A stretch of 64,000 nt of DNA from Pedobacter sp. (GCA_004210715.1 SEDB01000010.1:655-64654), one strand, 5' to 3'. Counted from the first letter of the stretch, positions 27,604-39,360 are shown. Numbers and translations: made by a program. The notes: generated by a model from the letters alone, not told the origin.

Positions 27604-29556
27604 TTATTCTAAACTGATTACAGCTGCATAGCCACCATTTCTAACCATTTGTACATCGATTTTATCCCCTTTCTTTACTGCTATCGTTTTTTTGCGGTAA
27701 TCCATTGCTTGCCGAGCAGCGTTAATACCATCTTCAAAATAGGTCATGTTGTACGTTTTTCCTGCTTCAAGAAAATCAAGGTTAAGGGAAATTTTCCTGG
27801 TTTTTTCTGCGTCATTGTTGATGCCGCCAATAAACCATTTCTTGTCCTTTCTTTTTGCCACTACCGCAAGTTCTCCAACTTTGGCCTCCAGCGCTATCGT
27901 CTCATCCCAGGTGGTAGGCACCGAAGTAATAAATTCCGTACAGTCAGGGTTTCGGTAATATAAGGTAGGGTTGTCAGCCAGCATTTGCAATCCACTTTCA
28001 AATACAACGAATAGTGCCATTTGATAGGCTCTTGTGCCAATGCTGGCTGCATTTGGCCGCTCCGCCCGATAGGATTCAGGCTGCATGCTGATCATTGCAC
28101 CAGGAGTGTAGTCCATTGGCCCGACCGCGTTTCTCATGAACGGTAAAAATAAACTGTTTTTTGGTAAAGTACCGCCCATTTGTTCCATTCCCCGAACACC
28201 TTCATAAGAAATCACGTTAGGATATTTATATTCCAGACCTGCAGGTTTGAAGGCACCATGAAAATCGACCAGCAATTCATTTTTTGCAGCTTCATCCGCA
28301 ATGCGTTCATAATAATTTACCATCCATTGATCGCTTCTATCCATAAAATCTATCTTTAAGCCTTTAACGCCCCATTCTTTAAAAGTTTTAAAGAGGTCCA
28401 TGTGCTCATGTACCGTGAGCCAGGTAAGCCAAAGCACTACGCCAACATTTTTTTCTTTGCCATAGCGGATTAATTCATGAACATCTACTTTAGGGTTTGG
28501 AGTGTAAGGATCCGTGGTACTATTCGCCCATCCTTCATCCATGATAATGTATTTTATGCCAAATTTCGCAGCAAAGTCGATGTAGTATTTATAGGTTTCG
28601 AGGTTGTATCCCGATTCAAAGTTCACATCCGGTCCGTAAGGCGAGGCATCGTTCCACCATTCCCAGCTGGCTTGTCCTGGTTTGATCCAACTCGGATCTT
28701 TGATCTTGCTTTCTGGTGCGAGTTGCAGCGTCATGGTATTTTCAAGAAGTTGTTTGTCTTCTGTGCTGATCACAAAGTAACGCCATGGAAAGCTCCTTTT
28801 TCCGGTGGTTTTGGCAATGTACGATGCTTCCTCAATAATTTTTAAACTCCTGTCGCCATCAGGGGCAAAGCGGAGTGGAGATTTTGGAAATGCCGCCTGA
28901 ATCTTATTGTTTCCATTCCCTTTTAGGAATAAGCAGGGATAATCAGAGAGATCTGATTCACTAACCAGTATCTTATATTGTTTTTTCGTGTCGATTAATA
29001 TGGGTAAAGTACTCATTTTAGCATTCCAGTTTGCTGAGTTTACCGTAGAATAGTTTTCCTCGTAAGCTGTTTTGAAACTTGCAGGCTGCTGAACATGGAT
29101 ATTATATGACGAAGGAAAATTCAGGTCAACCTGCTCATTCAAAACTTCGATTGCGCCTTTTTTATTGGTAATAAACCGGTAGGCAATTCCATTATTAAAG
29201 GCCCTGAATTCAATAGCGTAGTTTCCCTTGAAAGACATCAGGAGTTTATTGAAGCTTGATACCACTGTTGAATATTTTAAGGGCACATGTGGTTTAATTG
29301 TATTTGATACTGCAGTGATTTTGGAATTCAGCAGTTTTGCAGGGCTACCAAGGTTTTCATTTTTCAAGTTTAATGCAAGTTTGTTGTTGCTGAAAAGCGG
29401 ATCATTGCGATAACTTACTGAATAGGTGATGAATTCGCCAATGTTGATGGAAACCTGGATGGCGCCGTCAGGAGATTTAAGGTTGAGCTTTTCATCAGCA
29501 TAGGTAGTCGTGATAAATGCGATGAGAATGCTTACAATTAGGGATGCTTGTTTCAT
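27604..29556 (-). CDS. Glycoside hydrolase family 97
   Basis: LKSPDG, WIKPG, YIDFAA, MDEGW, KIDF, EGVRGME, GPMDYTPG. Confidence 0.93.
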   Translation of the reverse strand: MKQASLIVSILIAFITTTYADEKLNLKSPDGAIQVSINIGEFITYSVSYRNDPLFSNNKLALNLKNENLGSPAKLLNSKITAVSNTIKPHVPLKYSTVVSSFNKLLMSFKGNYAIEFRAFNNGIAYRFITNKKGAIEVLNEQVDLNFPSSYNIHVQQPASFKTAYEENYSTVNSANWNAKMSTLPILIDTKKQYKILVSESDLSDYPCLFLKGNGNNKIQAAFPKSPLRFAPDGDRSLKIIEEASYIAKTTGKRSFPWRYFVISTEDKQLLENTMTLQLAPESKIKDPSWIKPGQASWEWWNDASPYGPDVNFESGYNLETYKYYIDFAAKFGIKYIIMDEGWANSTTDPYTPNPKVDVHELIRYGKEKNVGVVLWLTWLTVHEHMDLFKTFKEWGVKGLKIDFMDRSDQWMVNYYERIADEAAKNELLVDFHGAFKPAGLEYKYPNVISYEGVRGMEQMGGTLPKNSLFLPFMRNAVGPMDYTPGAMISMQPESYRAERPNAASIGTRAYQMALFVVFESGLQMLADNPTLYYRNPDCTEFITSVPTTWDETIALEAKVGELAVVAKRKDKKWFIGGINNDAEKTRKISLNLDFLEAGKTYNMTYFEDGINAARQAMDYRKKTIAVKKGDKIDVQMVRNGGYAAVISLE

Positions 29557-29594
29557 TTAGTATGTGATTGTATGTAGATGTCTTTTTGATGGGA

Positions 29595-30329
29595 CTATTC
29601 CCGGCGGCTTTCTACTGTGTAAATAAAGCTATCGGCCTTGTAATAACCCAGGTTATACTCAATTGGTCTTTCTTCTATATCATATACAAACCTTTTGCGG
29701 AACAAAATTGGGGATCCGGTATCCGTCTCCAGTTTGGCAGCAATAAATTCATCTGCCAGCAGGGCACTAATCTCTTCCTTTGATACCATGGCGATAATCC
29801 CGTGGGATTTTTCAAGCATTTCGTAAAGAGGCGCCTTGTAATCTTCATCCCCAGTAAGTCCGACAATGGGGTGGAAATAAGATTCAAAGTAAACAAATGG
29901 GCCTTCAGGGCGACCCCTTAACCTCACAAGTTTTAATATTTTTTTATCTTCTTTGATGCCAAAGAAGCTTGCTATCCGTTTATCAGGAAGTACCCAGCTT
30001 ACATGTAATTCGAAGTTTTTGATCGGTATACCACGGGCGCTCATTTCCTGCGAGAAGCTCATCCAGTTTTTCGATTTTGAACTCAGGGATTTCGATTCAA
30101 CAACCCTGGTACCGACACCTTTTTTCCGGATCAATAGCCCATCATAAACCAGTTTATTGATTGATTGCCTCAAAGTGGTCCTGGAGATGTTAAGGTCTTT
30201 AGATAACTCTACCTCATTTGGAAGGAGTTTTCCATCAATATATTCCTGAGACTCAATCAACTTTCTGAGTAATTCTTCAGCCTGAACATGCAAGGGTACC
30301 TGACTTTTATGATCGATTTTAAGTTTCAT
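29595..30329 (-). CDS. GntR family regulator (HutC/UTRA type)
   Basis: LPNEVEL...ISRTTLRQ.I..LV.DGLL.RKKGVGT plus UTRA-like C-terminus; start taken at MKLKIDH. Confidence 0.92.
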   Translation of the reverse strand: MKLKIDHKSQVPLHVQAEELLRKLIESQEYIDGKLLPNEVELSKDLNISRTTLRQSINKLVYDGLLIRKKGVGTRVVESKSLSSKSKNWMSFSQEMSARGIPIKNFELHVSWVLPDKRIASFFGIKEDKKILKLVRLRGRPEGPFVYFESYFHPIVGLTGDEDYKAPLYEMLEKSHGIIAMVSKEEISALLADEFIAAKLETDTGSPILFRKRFVYDIEERPIEYNLGYYKADSFIYTVESRRE

Positions 30330-30368
30330 AATCATCACAATATTAAAAAAAAAATACCTTTTTAAAGT

Positions 30369-30705
30369 ATGTGTGTACATAAATAAGTTTTGTTGATCGG
30401 GTCAGTTAATGGTTTTGCGGCTTTTTATTAAAAATTCTTTAAAAATATTTGGAGAATAATTATTAAACAATACATTTGTATGTACATACTATCAAATGTA
30501 TGGTCTAACCAAGTTTTACAATATATGAGTCATCTCAGGCAAATAATGCTAGCCAATCATTTCGATTTATCCATTTATGGGAGAATTGGATCATTTAATC
30601 AAATGTATTTGATTTTAACAAAAGGTTACCTATTCCAGTGCTGTGAGGTAAATGGACAAAATGATGGACATTCCTTACAACCTTAATTTTAATATGTACA
30701 CACAA
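30369..30705. promoter_or_regulatory. Divergent promoter region with three candidate GntR operators
   Basis: ATGTGTGTACATA (30369), TTGTATGTACATA (30476), TATGTACACACAA (30693, inverted); promoter TTTG(30448)-N19-TACATTTG(30471). Confidence 0.65.
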
Positions 30706-30712
30706 ATAGAAT

Positions 30713-32533
30713 ATGCAGCAGGAATTTTCAGAGTCTAATATTTTTTTCAAAAGTGCTATGTCAATAGAAGAACCATTAAGAAAAACCGAGCAGGAGATTA
30801 TGCCTGATCGCATCAATAAAATTAAAACTGTTGAGGGATATGATATCTATCCTTATTTCGACCTGGGAGATGATAAAATATTTTCGGGGGTTCCGTCTTT
30901 GTGCAATTATATCATTGAACACCAAACTGTAGCCATCGACGGTTATGTTGGCGTTTACTGGGACAGGTTGATAAGTGCCATTTCGAATGAATTTCAATCG
31001 AGAAGTATAAAAATAAACATGGTTAATTTCAGCAACGCAATGAAATCCGAAGAGGAGATTATCAACCTAACTGCACCTTTTATGGGGCAGGAAGATTCGG
31101 TTTGGGGTAATAAGACAACCTTAACACTTCGCGATTACTTTGCGGAAGATCTTTTAAAATCTACACTGCCTGATAAAGATGTTGCTGTTAACATTCTCAT
31201 GGGCCCTGGAGCTACGCTTGCAGGCTGGGAGGCCAAAGTGATTTATGTAGATATGCCCAAAAATGAGCTTCAGCACCGAATGAGTGCAGGTTCAATTTGC
31301 AATTTGGGTATGCGTGTTCCGCAGGAACAGATGGAAATGTACAAGCGCTTCTATTTTATTGATTGGGTAATACTTAATGAACATAAAAGGCAATTGAGCA
31401 GCCAGATTAATGTATTTGTTGATGCACAATGGGAAGCGCAAATCAATTGGGCATTTGGTGATGATGTTCGTGGTGGATTAGAGAAGATGTCGAACACCGT
31501 ATTCAGGGCGAGGCCCTGGTTTGCTCCTGGTGCTTGGGGTGGGCAGTGGATGAAAAAGCATATGCCGCAACTGGATCAGAATGAAGTGAACTACGCCTGG
31601 TCTTTCGAGTTGATTGTACCTGAAAATGGTATTGTACTGCAAAGCAGCGATTCGCTGCTCGAAGTTTCTTTCGATCTGTTGATGTTTACACAAAATGATA
31701 ATATCCTGGGTCGCCATGCTGAAAAGTTTGGGGCGGAGTTCCCAATTAGATTTGATTTTCTGGATACCTTTGATGGCGGAAACTTATCTATTCAATGTCA
31801 TCCCAGCCTTGATTACATTAAACAACAGTTTGGAGAAACCATTACCCAGGATGAAACCTACTATATACTCGATTGCAAAGAAGATGCAAAGGTTTATTTG
31901 GGCTTTCAGGATGATATCAACGAAGATGATTTTCGAAAAGTCTTAGAAGAGAGTAACCAGGACGGAATCGAAGTTGACATTGAAAAATATGTTCAGGTTC
32001 ATCAAGCTAAAAAACATGATCTGTTCCTTATTCCTAACCGCACCATCCATAGCGCAGGCGCCCAAAACCTTGTCCTTGAGATTAGTGCAACGCCATATAT
32101 TTTCACCTTTAAAATGTATGACTGGTTAAGGTTGGATTTGAATGGTAAACCCCGGCCGATTAATATTGAACATGCTTTTAAAAACCTAGATTTTTCCAGG
32201 AAAGGAGCACAGGTTCAACAGGAACTGATTTCAAAACCAACTGTTATTGCGCAGGAAGATGGCTATACCTGTTATCACTTACCTACGCATCAGGATCATT
32301 TTTATGATGTACACCGATTAGATTTTGATGCATCCGTTGCAATAGAAAATAATGGCGTTTGCCATGTATTGATGCTGGTAGAAGGCTCATCGATCAGCGT
32401 AACCACAGCAGACGGTTCAAGTATGATTTTTCAGTACGCCGAAACCTTCGTTATTCCAGCCGCTGCCGGCAGTTATACAATCGTTAATCAGTCTGACCAA
32501 CAAGCGAAAGTAATTAAAGCTTTCTTAAAATAA
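30713..32533 (+). CDS. Long class I mannose-6-phosphate isomerase-like (cupin) protein
   Basis: P..WGG.W, FPIRFDFLD, LSIQCHP, QDETYY, TIHS.G, LEIS. Confidence 0.82.
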   Translation: MQQEFSESNIFFKSAMSIEEPLRKTEQEIMPDRINKIKTVEGYDIYPYFDLGDDKIFSGVPSLCNYIIEHQTVAIDGYVGVYWDRLISAISNEFQSRSIKINMVNFSNAMKSEEEIINLTAPFMGQEDSVWGNKTTLTLRDYFAEDLLKSTLPDKDVAVNILMGPGATLAGWEAKVIYVDMPKNELQHRMSAGSICNLGMRVPQEQMEMYKRFYFIDWVILNEHKRQLSSQINVFVDAQWEAQINWAFGDDVRGGLEKMSNTVFRARPWFAPGAWGGQWMKKHMPQLDQNEVNYAWSFELIVPENGIVLQSSDSLLEVSFDLLMFTQNDNILGRHAEKFGAEFPIRFDFLDTFDGGNLSIQCHPSLDYIKQQFGETITQDETYYILDCKEDAKVYLGFQDDINEDDFRKVLEESNQDGIEVDIEKYVQVHQAKKHDLFLIPNRTIHSAGAQNLVLEISATPYIFTFKMYDWLRLDLNGKPRPINIEHAFKNLDFSRKGAQVQQELISKPTVIAQEDGYTCYHLPTHQDHFYDVHRLDFDASVAIENNGVCHVLMLVEGSSISVTTADGSSMIFQYAETFVIPAAAGSYTIVNQSDQQAKVIKAFLK

Positions 32534-32538
32534 TTACC

Positions 32539-33957
32539 ATGATTAGACAAGAACAACATACGTCAATTGAAAAGAGCAGTTCCTATTTATATCTGGTTTG
32601 TTTGGTAGCAGCTTTAGGTGGGTTTTTGTTTGGATTCGATACAGCTGTAATTTCCGGAACCATTAGCCTGGTGACTAAAGACTTCGGATTAAATGCGATA
32701 AGTGAAGGCTGGTTTGTGAGCTGCGCACTTTTAGGCTGCATCATCGGCGTTATCATTTCAGGTAAGCTGAGTGATAAATTCGGAAGGAAAATCGTGCTCA
32801 TTTTGTCGGCGTTTCTTTTCCTTACCTCTGCACTAGGTTGTATGTATGCAGGTGATTTCTCCACATTAATCGCATTCCGGTTAATTGGCGGAATTGGCAT
32901 TGGCGTGGCTTCGATGGTTTCTCCACTTTATATATCTGAATTTGCACCATCGAGACTTAGGGGAACCATGGTATCCCTGTATCAGTTGGCTTTAACCATT
33001 GGTATTGTTACGGCTTATTTTACCAATGCCTATCTGGCTAATCACAGCGGGGAAAATTTTTCCGGAGCTAACGCCGAAAAAATATTTTCTCAGGAAGTAT
33101 GGCGGGCAATGCTTGGCCTTGGCGCACTGCCGGCGCTAATCTTTCTCATCTCATTATTTCTGGTGCCTGAATCTCCCAGGTGGCTATTATCAAGAGGAAA
33201 AAAAGATCTGGCAGAAAAAATCCTGATCAAGATTGATGGGCAAGCTGCGGCAAGGAAAGAACTTGATGTCTTCGCTCATCCAAATATCACAAATCAAGAA
33301 GGTTCGCTGAGCACATTATTCAAACCGGTTTATCGCAAGGCTTTGTGGATAGGTTTATTATTGCCCTTTTTGTCGCAGGTTTGTGGTATCAATGCTGTGA
33401 TTTACTACGGACCCAGAATATTGGAACAAGCAGGATTTACACTAAATAATGCCCTTGGCGGACAGGTGACTATCGGCTTGGTAAATGTAGTATTCACGTT
33501 CGTAGCCATTTTCACGGTTGATAAATGGGGCAGAAAACCATTGCTATATGTAGGGATTGGCGGAGCGGTAATTTCACTAATAATTATCGGTCTGTTGTTC
33601 CAGTTTGGCATCATTTCAGGTCCATGGATATTGATTTTTATCTTGGCTTTCATTGCCTGTTTCGCTTTTTCCTTCGGCCCGGTTTGTTGGGTCGTTATTG
33701 GCGAAATATTTCCCAATGGAATTCGGGGTAAAGCAATGTCTTTAGCAACGTTAACCCTTTGGATTGGAAATTTCTTTGTTGGTCAGCTTACTCCGGTGAT
33801 GCTTCAGGGTTTGGGTTCGTCGTGGACCTTTTGGATATTCGCCATTTGTTGCTCACCGGCACTTTATCTCACATGGAAACTTATTCCAGAAACCAAGGGC
33901 CGCTCACTGGAAGAAATTGACGCCCATTGGCGGGAAGATCATCTCAAGAATAAATAA
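32539..33957 (+). CDS. Sugar porter family MFS transporter
   Basis: GGFLFGFDTAVISG, SDKFGRK, PESPRWL, PETKG. Confidence 0.95.
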   Translation: MIRQEQHTSIEKSSSYLYLVCLVAALGGFLFGFDTAVISGTISLVTKDFGLNAISEGWFVSCALLGCIIGVIISGKLSDKFGRKIVLILSAFLFLTSALGCMYAGDFSTLIAFRLIGGIGIGVASMVSPLYISEFAPSRLRGTMVSLYQLALTIGIVTAYFTNAYLANHSGENFSGANAEKIFSQEVWRAMLGLGALPALIFLISLFLVPESPRWLLSRGKKDLAEKILIKIDGQAAARKELDVFAHPNITNQEGSLSTLFKPVYRKALWIGLLLPFLSQVCGINAVIYYGPRILEQAGFTLNNALGGQVTIGLVNVVFTFVAIFTVDKWGRKPLLYVGIGGAVISLIIIGLLFQFGIISGPWILIFILAFIACFAFSFGPVCWVVIGEIFPNGIRGKAMSLATLTLWIGNFFVGQLTPVMLQGLGSSWTFWIFAICCSPALYLTWKLIPETKGRSLEEIDAHWREDHLKNK

Positions 33958-34025
33958 TACTCCATTCCCAACCACTAACCTAATATATCAGATGCCATGA
34001 CCGCATCATCCTTAATTTAAATGTT

Positions 34026-36858
34026 ATGAGACATAAACTTTACCAAATTAAAAAACTAAAGCGACTGCCAGATAATTTAGCATCCAGAAGCCTTACATTT
34101 TCCTATTTAGGATATGTAAGTCAGGATATTCCTGTTGCAGGCAGGAAAATCATCAATGTTCAACTGAAGGCTGGAGGAGAAAATGCGCTGGATGATGTGG
34201 TAGTGGTTGGATACGGAACGCAAAAGCGGGTATCAATTACCGGTGCGGTAAGTACGATAGATGCAAAAAACATTGAAAATAAACCAGTGCTTAATGCGTA
34301 TCAGGCATTGCAGGGTGAATCGCCGAACTTAATTATTCAGCAAACTAATCTTAATCCGGGCAGTGATGTTACAGTAAACATTAGGGGGGTAGGCACACTT
34401 GGCGACAACACGCCACTGGTTGTAGTAGATGGTATCCAGGGCTGCAAATGGTGTGATCTTAATCACCACTAAAGCGGGTAAGCTAAATCAGAAAACTACA
34501 GTTTCTTATAACGGAAGTTACGGTGTTCAGGATGCGAACGTATTGGTTCATAAAGTTCCCGCATGGGAAAATGCTTATTATAAAAATGAATCCCTGGTGA
34601 ACTCAGGTCTGAGTCCCGCGTACACCCCTGATCAAATTCAGCAACTGAAAGATCAGGGCGATGGTACCTGGAACATTGAAAACCTTTTGCGTACTGCGCC
34701 ACAGCAATCACACAATGTTAACATTGCCGGTGGTGGTGAAAAAAGTTCTTTTTTTGTATCTGCGGGTTATCAGGATCAACAAAGCAATTTCATTGGTAAT
34801 GGAGGTGAAGGCGCAAATTTTGGTTATCAGAAATATAATTTAAGGTTAAATCAAACCAATGTAATCGGTAAGCTAAAAACGAATGTCATCCTCTTATACA
34901 CCAAAACCAGAAACAAAACCAATAGTGTGGGCGATAACAATATTTTCGCTGATGCCAACCGGGTTCCGGCAAATTTTAACTGGCAGGATGAAAATGGAAA
35001 TTACCTGACAAATCCTTTTGCATCACAATATAACGAATATGGTGTGCTGGAAAAAGGAGGCTTTAATCAGGCAGATAATGATGAGATTTTCGGATCATTC
35101 AATGGACAATTCGAAATTACAAAAGATTTAATATTGACAGGTCAGTTTGGTGGTACGCTTCAAAACAACGGTGCTTTTTTCAGAAGAACGCAGGTAAATT
35201 ATTTGCCTTCAGGTGTGTATGGAGATGACCGTTCTGTGCTGGATGCCAATAGCAAGTCGCAACTGTTTAATACCAAAATTTACCTGGAATACGGAAAGAA
35301 AATCGCTGATCATGACTTCAAAGCACAGATTGGCGCATCAAGTGAAAATTATTCTCAACGAGGATTTCAGTTGCAGAAAACATTAACTGATCAGTTGTTG
35401 GGAACCCCTACAACCGGTACTATAGTTGATCCTATTAATTCTAACAATAGCCTGGCCATCAATTCTAATAGCCTACTTTCTTTATTTGGAAGGTTAAACT
35501 ATGCTTTTAGAGATAAATATCTGCTTGAGGCTACTGCCCGTTATGATGCCTCTTCAAAATTTGCTAAAGGCAACCGCGGAAGTTTTTTTCCATCAGTTAG
35601 CGCAGGTTGGTTAATCTCACAGGAAAATTTCATGCAGTCGATAAAAAATACAGTGAACAGTTTAAAAATCCGTGCTTCTTACGGTGTTCTCGGAAACCAG
35701 AACGTTGGTAATTTCCAGTACCAGACCACTTACTTCAATTACGCCAGTGCCTATGGATTCAATAACATTCCTGTTGGTGGAGCCGGAACTTTGTTGTCTA
35801 ACCGCGATTTGACCTGGGAGAAAGCTTCAACCTTCAACATTGGTTTAGATGCAGGCTTTTTTGATAACAAGCTGACGGCTACCTTCGAATATTTCAATAA
35901 AGTAACCAGGGATATTCTTCAACCCCGACAGGATATTCCGGCAATTTTTGGTGCAGCAACGCCTGATTTCAATGTGGCAAAAGTAAGAAGCAAAGGTTGG
36001 GAAGCTTCACTTACATATAATCTCCGCGGAGAAAATGTTACCCAGAGTTTCAGTGTGAATGTAGCCGATAACCAAAATAAATTATTGCAGTTATCTGGCG
36101 GCGCAACCGAGCAAATCATCAATCAGGATGTATTTCAGTTGCTGAGACGTGTTGGCGAACCCATCACGCAATATTATGGATATGAAACCAATGGATTTTT
36201 TCAAAGCCAATCCGACATTAATAATTCACCGAAAATTGCCGGAAATCCCGTGGTTCCAGGTGATGTGAAATTTAAAGATTTGAACAACGACGGGGTCATT
36301 GATGCAAAAGATAAAACGGTATTGGGTAATCCATTTCCACGCTATACATTTGGTTTTACTTACCGTTTGGCAGTAAAAGGGTTCGATCTTCAGTTGTTTA
36401 TTCAAGGTGTTGGCAAACGGGAAACGTTCCTGCGTGGTGAGCTGGTGGAACCTTTCCACTATGGATACGGCGCAACAGTTTATGAACACATGACAGATTA
36501 TTGGAGTCCTGGTAATCCTGATGCACGTTATCCAATTTTTGCGAACATTGGATCACCATCTAATACCAATAACTGGAGAACAGGTTCAGATTTATATAAA
36601 TATGATGCCGCTTACGCCCGCTTGAAAAATGTAAACATTGGTTATACATTGCCGCAAGCCATAACCAGCAAAGCAGGAATCAGCCGTTTGCGTGTTTCAC
36701 TGATCGGTCAAAATCTGTTTACGCTAAGTAAACTTAAATTTATTGATCCTGAAACCTCAGAATTTGGAAATAACCTTAGTACAGGCTCAAGTTCAAATAG
36801 TGCCCGACAGTATCCGCTGCCTATTTTTTACGGTGCTGGTTTAGACATTACCTTTTAA
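34026..36858 (+). pseudogene. susC: SusC disrupted by two internal deletions (one frameshifting)
   Basis: No hydrophobic signal peptide before FSYLGY. PLVVVDGI jumps in another frame to SRAANGVILITTK, and the DI.S..VLKDA..AAIYG segment is missing. Confidence 0.85.
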
Positions 36859-36881
36859 TAATCATGGTAAGCATTACTCAT

Positions 36882-38221
36882 ATGAAATCTACATTCAAAA
36901 ACCTAATTATAGCCTTTGCCTTGCTTACTATTGCAGGTTGCAAAAAGCTCGATATTGCACCCACCGATCGGTTTTCAGATTTAACCTTCTGGACCGTGGA
37001 TGTTAACGTAAACAACGCCCTAAATAATAACTACAGTTTGCTTTATAACAGTAGTTTATTCTTCGAACCCGAAGCACTTTCTGATAACGCTTATTCGCCA
37101 TCAGGCGATTTAAACCTGATCGCAAGCGGGAATGCAACTTCGCTTACGGCGAAATTTGCCGGAGACTGGGCAAGTTATTACCGCACAATCAAATCGGTAA
37201 ATATTTTCCTGGAGAACGTGGATCAGAATAAAACCCTTCCCCAGGCAACCATTGCCAGAATGAAAGCAGAAAACCAGTTTATGCGTGCTTTTGCCTTGTT
37301 TAACTTGAGCAAATGGTATGGCGATGTGCCACTTCCTGATCATGATCTATCGCCTGAAGAAGCGCAGGTAATTCCACGTACTTCTAAAGCTGCAGTTAGC
37401 GATTATATCATCTCACAGCTGGAAGGCAAAACTTCTGGGACTTTGCACCAAGAACAGTGGGCGGAAGGGTGAGTGCTATGGCACCCACCCAGGAACTGGT
37501 AGATGATTATATTATGCTCAACGGAAGAGGGATTAAAGATGCAGGTTCAGGTTATGTAGAAAGCAATCCTTATGTAAACCGCGATCCGAGACTTACCGCA
37601 ACAGTAGTTTACGACAGATACAGCTGGGTTAATCCGAACAACACCACCAAAACCATTTACATTAAACCAGGGTCAGACCCGGTGCAGCCAGGTTTGGATG
37701 AATATTCACCAGGCTCACAGAGTGCTTCGGCAACTGGTTATTACTGGCGTAAATATTTCGATCCTACTGCTTTATCAAGTTTCATCTCCGGAAATAATTT
37801 ACACCTGTTTCGCTATGCGGAAGTGCTGCTTACTTATGCAGAAGCCAAAAATAGTTTAGGACAAATGGATGCAGCAATTTGGGCAAAAACAATTGGTGCC
37901 ATTCGCTCAAGAGCCGGTTTTACGGATGCCGGAGCATTAAGTTTCCCTTCAGGTGATCTAACGAATGTCATTCGCCGTGAACGCAGAGCTGAACTGGCCA
38001 TGGAAGGTTTAAGAGTGGATGATATCAGGCGATGGAAAGTGGCTGAAACCACCATGAATGGCTTCGCTCATGGCGCTAAATTTGCCACCGATCAAAATGT
38101 TGACGGCGGTTACATCAGAACGCAACAACGTAAGTTCAATCCACAGCGTGATTATTTATGGGCTGTGCCTTCCAGTGAGATTGGCCTTAATAAAAATTTA
38201 ACACAGAATCCAGGTTATTAA
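36882..38221 (+). pseudogene. susD: SusD split by a frameshifting internal deletion
   Basis: Lipobox AGC and YGDVP, then frame change after ISQLE to ..WDFAPRTVGGR..APTQELVD, RYAEVLL, QNPGY. Central GR.TK.AA..L.AR region is missing. Confidence 0.85.
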
Positions 38222-39360
38222 TGAATCAAGCAATGAAAAATCTAAATAGAATATTCGCCTTAATGCTGCTTGTATGTCTTGCAGTTGCTTCCTGCAAAAA
38301 GGAAGAACGTGATCTAAATGAAAACATCAGTCCGGTTGGCACTTTAAGTTTGCCCGTAAATCAGGCCTCCATTAAACTTACGCCTTCCAATGCTGCAGCT
38401 TCGCAACAATTTAAGTGGTCATCGGCAACACCTGAAGATGGTGGCTTGATCCTTTATGAAGTGGCTTTTGATAAAGAGGGTGGGAATTTTTCAAAACCGG
38501 TTTTTAAAGTGGTTTCCGATGGCGGAGGTGTGCAACCACAAGTAACCATCTCACACAAAGATTTGACCAGGATCGCCGCACTTTGTGGCATCAACTCTTC
38601 TTCTACGGGTAAGGTAAACTGGACCGTTCTTGCCTCCAAAGCGAGCAATAGCAAGGCTGGTCAAGAAATAAGGACGCTTCAGCTGGAGCGCCCTGCGGGA
38701 TTTGCCGAAGTGCCAACCGATCTTTATTTAACCGGATCGGCAAGTGAAGGTGGCGATGACCTATCTAAAGCGGTTAAATTTAAAAAACTGGAAGAGGGCG
38801 TATTCGAACTTTATACTTCGCTAAAAGCAGGAAGTTATATGCTTACCGATAAATCCACTCAGGCAGGAAGAAAATTTTTCGCTGAGGGTGCTTCCATAAA
38901 AGAGGGAACGACAAGTATTGCGGTATCTGGCAGCACAAAAGCTTATTACCTGAAATACGATTTCAATGTAGCCAGTGTGATTGAGGTAAGTGAAGTGCAA
39001 AGCGTTGGCCTGTATATGTCGGCTTATGGAAACGAAATCGGGCAGCTGAATTATACTTCAGCAGGTACCTGGCAGTCTGGAATTATTCCAGTTGTGTTTT
39101 ATCAGTTTTCGTGGGGTAGAGATGAGCGGTATAAATTCGCAATCCATACTTCTTCCGGTGTTAAGTATATGGGCAGCAGCAACGTAAACAATGTCAGTCC
39201 GGTTGGCCAGGCTGCGTCTTATTTTTATCTCAATTCCGTAACCGATGATCAATGGAATAATACCTATAAATTCAATCCTTCAGCTGATAATAAAAGCATA
39301 AAAGCAACGGTAAATTTAGGAGCTGACGGTCCGTACAGCCACACGATTGTTACCCAATAA
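38221..39360 (+). CDS. SusE-like surface glycan-binding lipoprotein
   Basis: Lipobox ASC, F.WS.A, LYLTGSASE.G; directly downstream of susD. Confidence 0.8.
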   Translation: MNQAMKNLNRIFALMLLVCLAVASCKKEERDLNENISPVGTLSLPVNQASIKLTPSNAAASQQFKWSSATPEDGGLILYEVAFDKEGGNFSKPVFKVVSDGGGVQPQVTISHKDLTRIAALCGINSSSTGKVNWTVLASKASNSKAGQEIRTLQLERPAGFAEVPTDLYLTGSASEGGDDLSKAVKFKKLEEGVFELYTSLKAGSYMLTDKSTQAGRKFFAEGASIKEGTTSIAVSGSTKAYYLKYDFNVASVIEVSEVQSVGLYMSAYGNEIGQLNYTSAGTWQSGIIPVVFYQFSWGRDERYKFAIHTSSGVKYMGSSNVNNVSPVGQAASYFYLNSVTDDQWNNTYKFNPSADNKSIKATVNLGADGPYSHTIVTQ

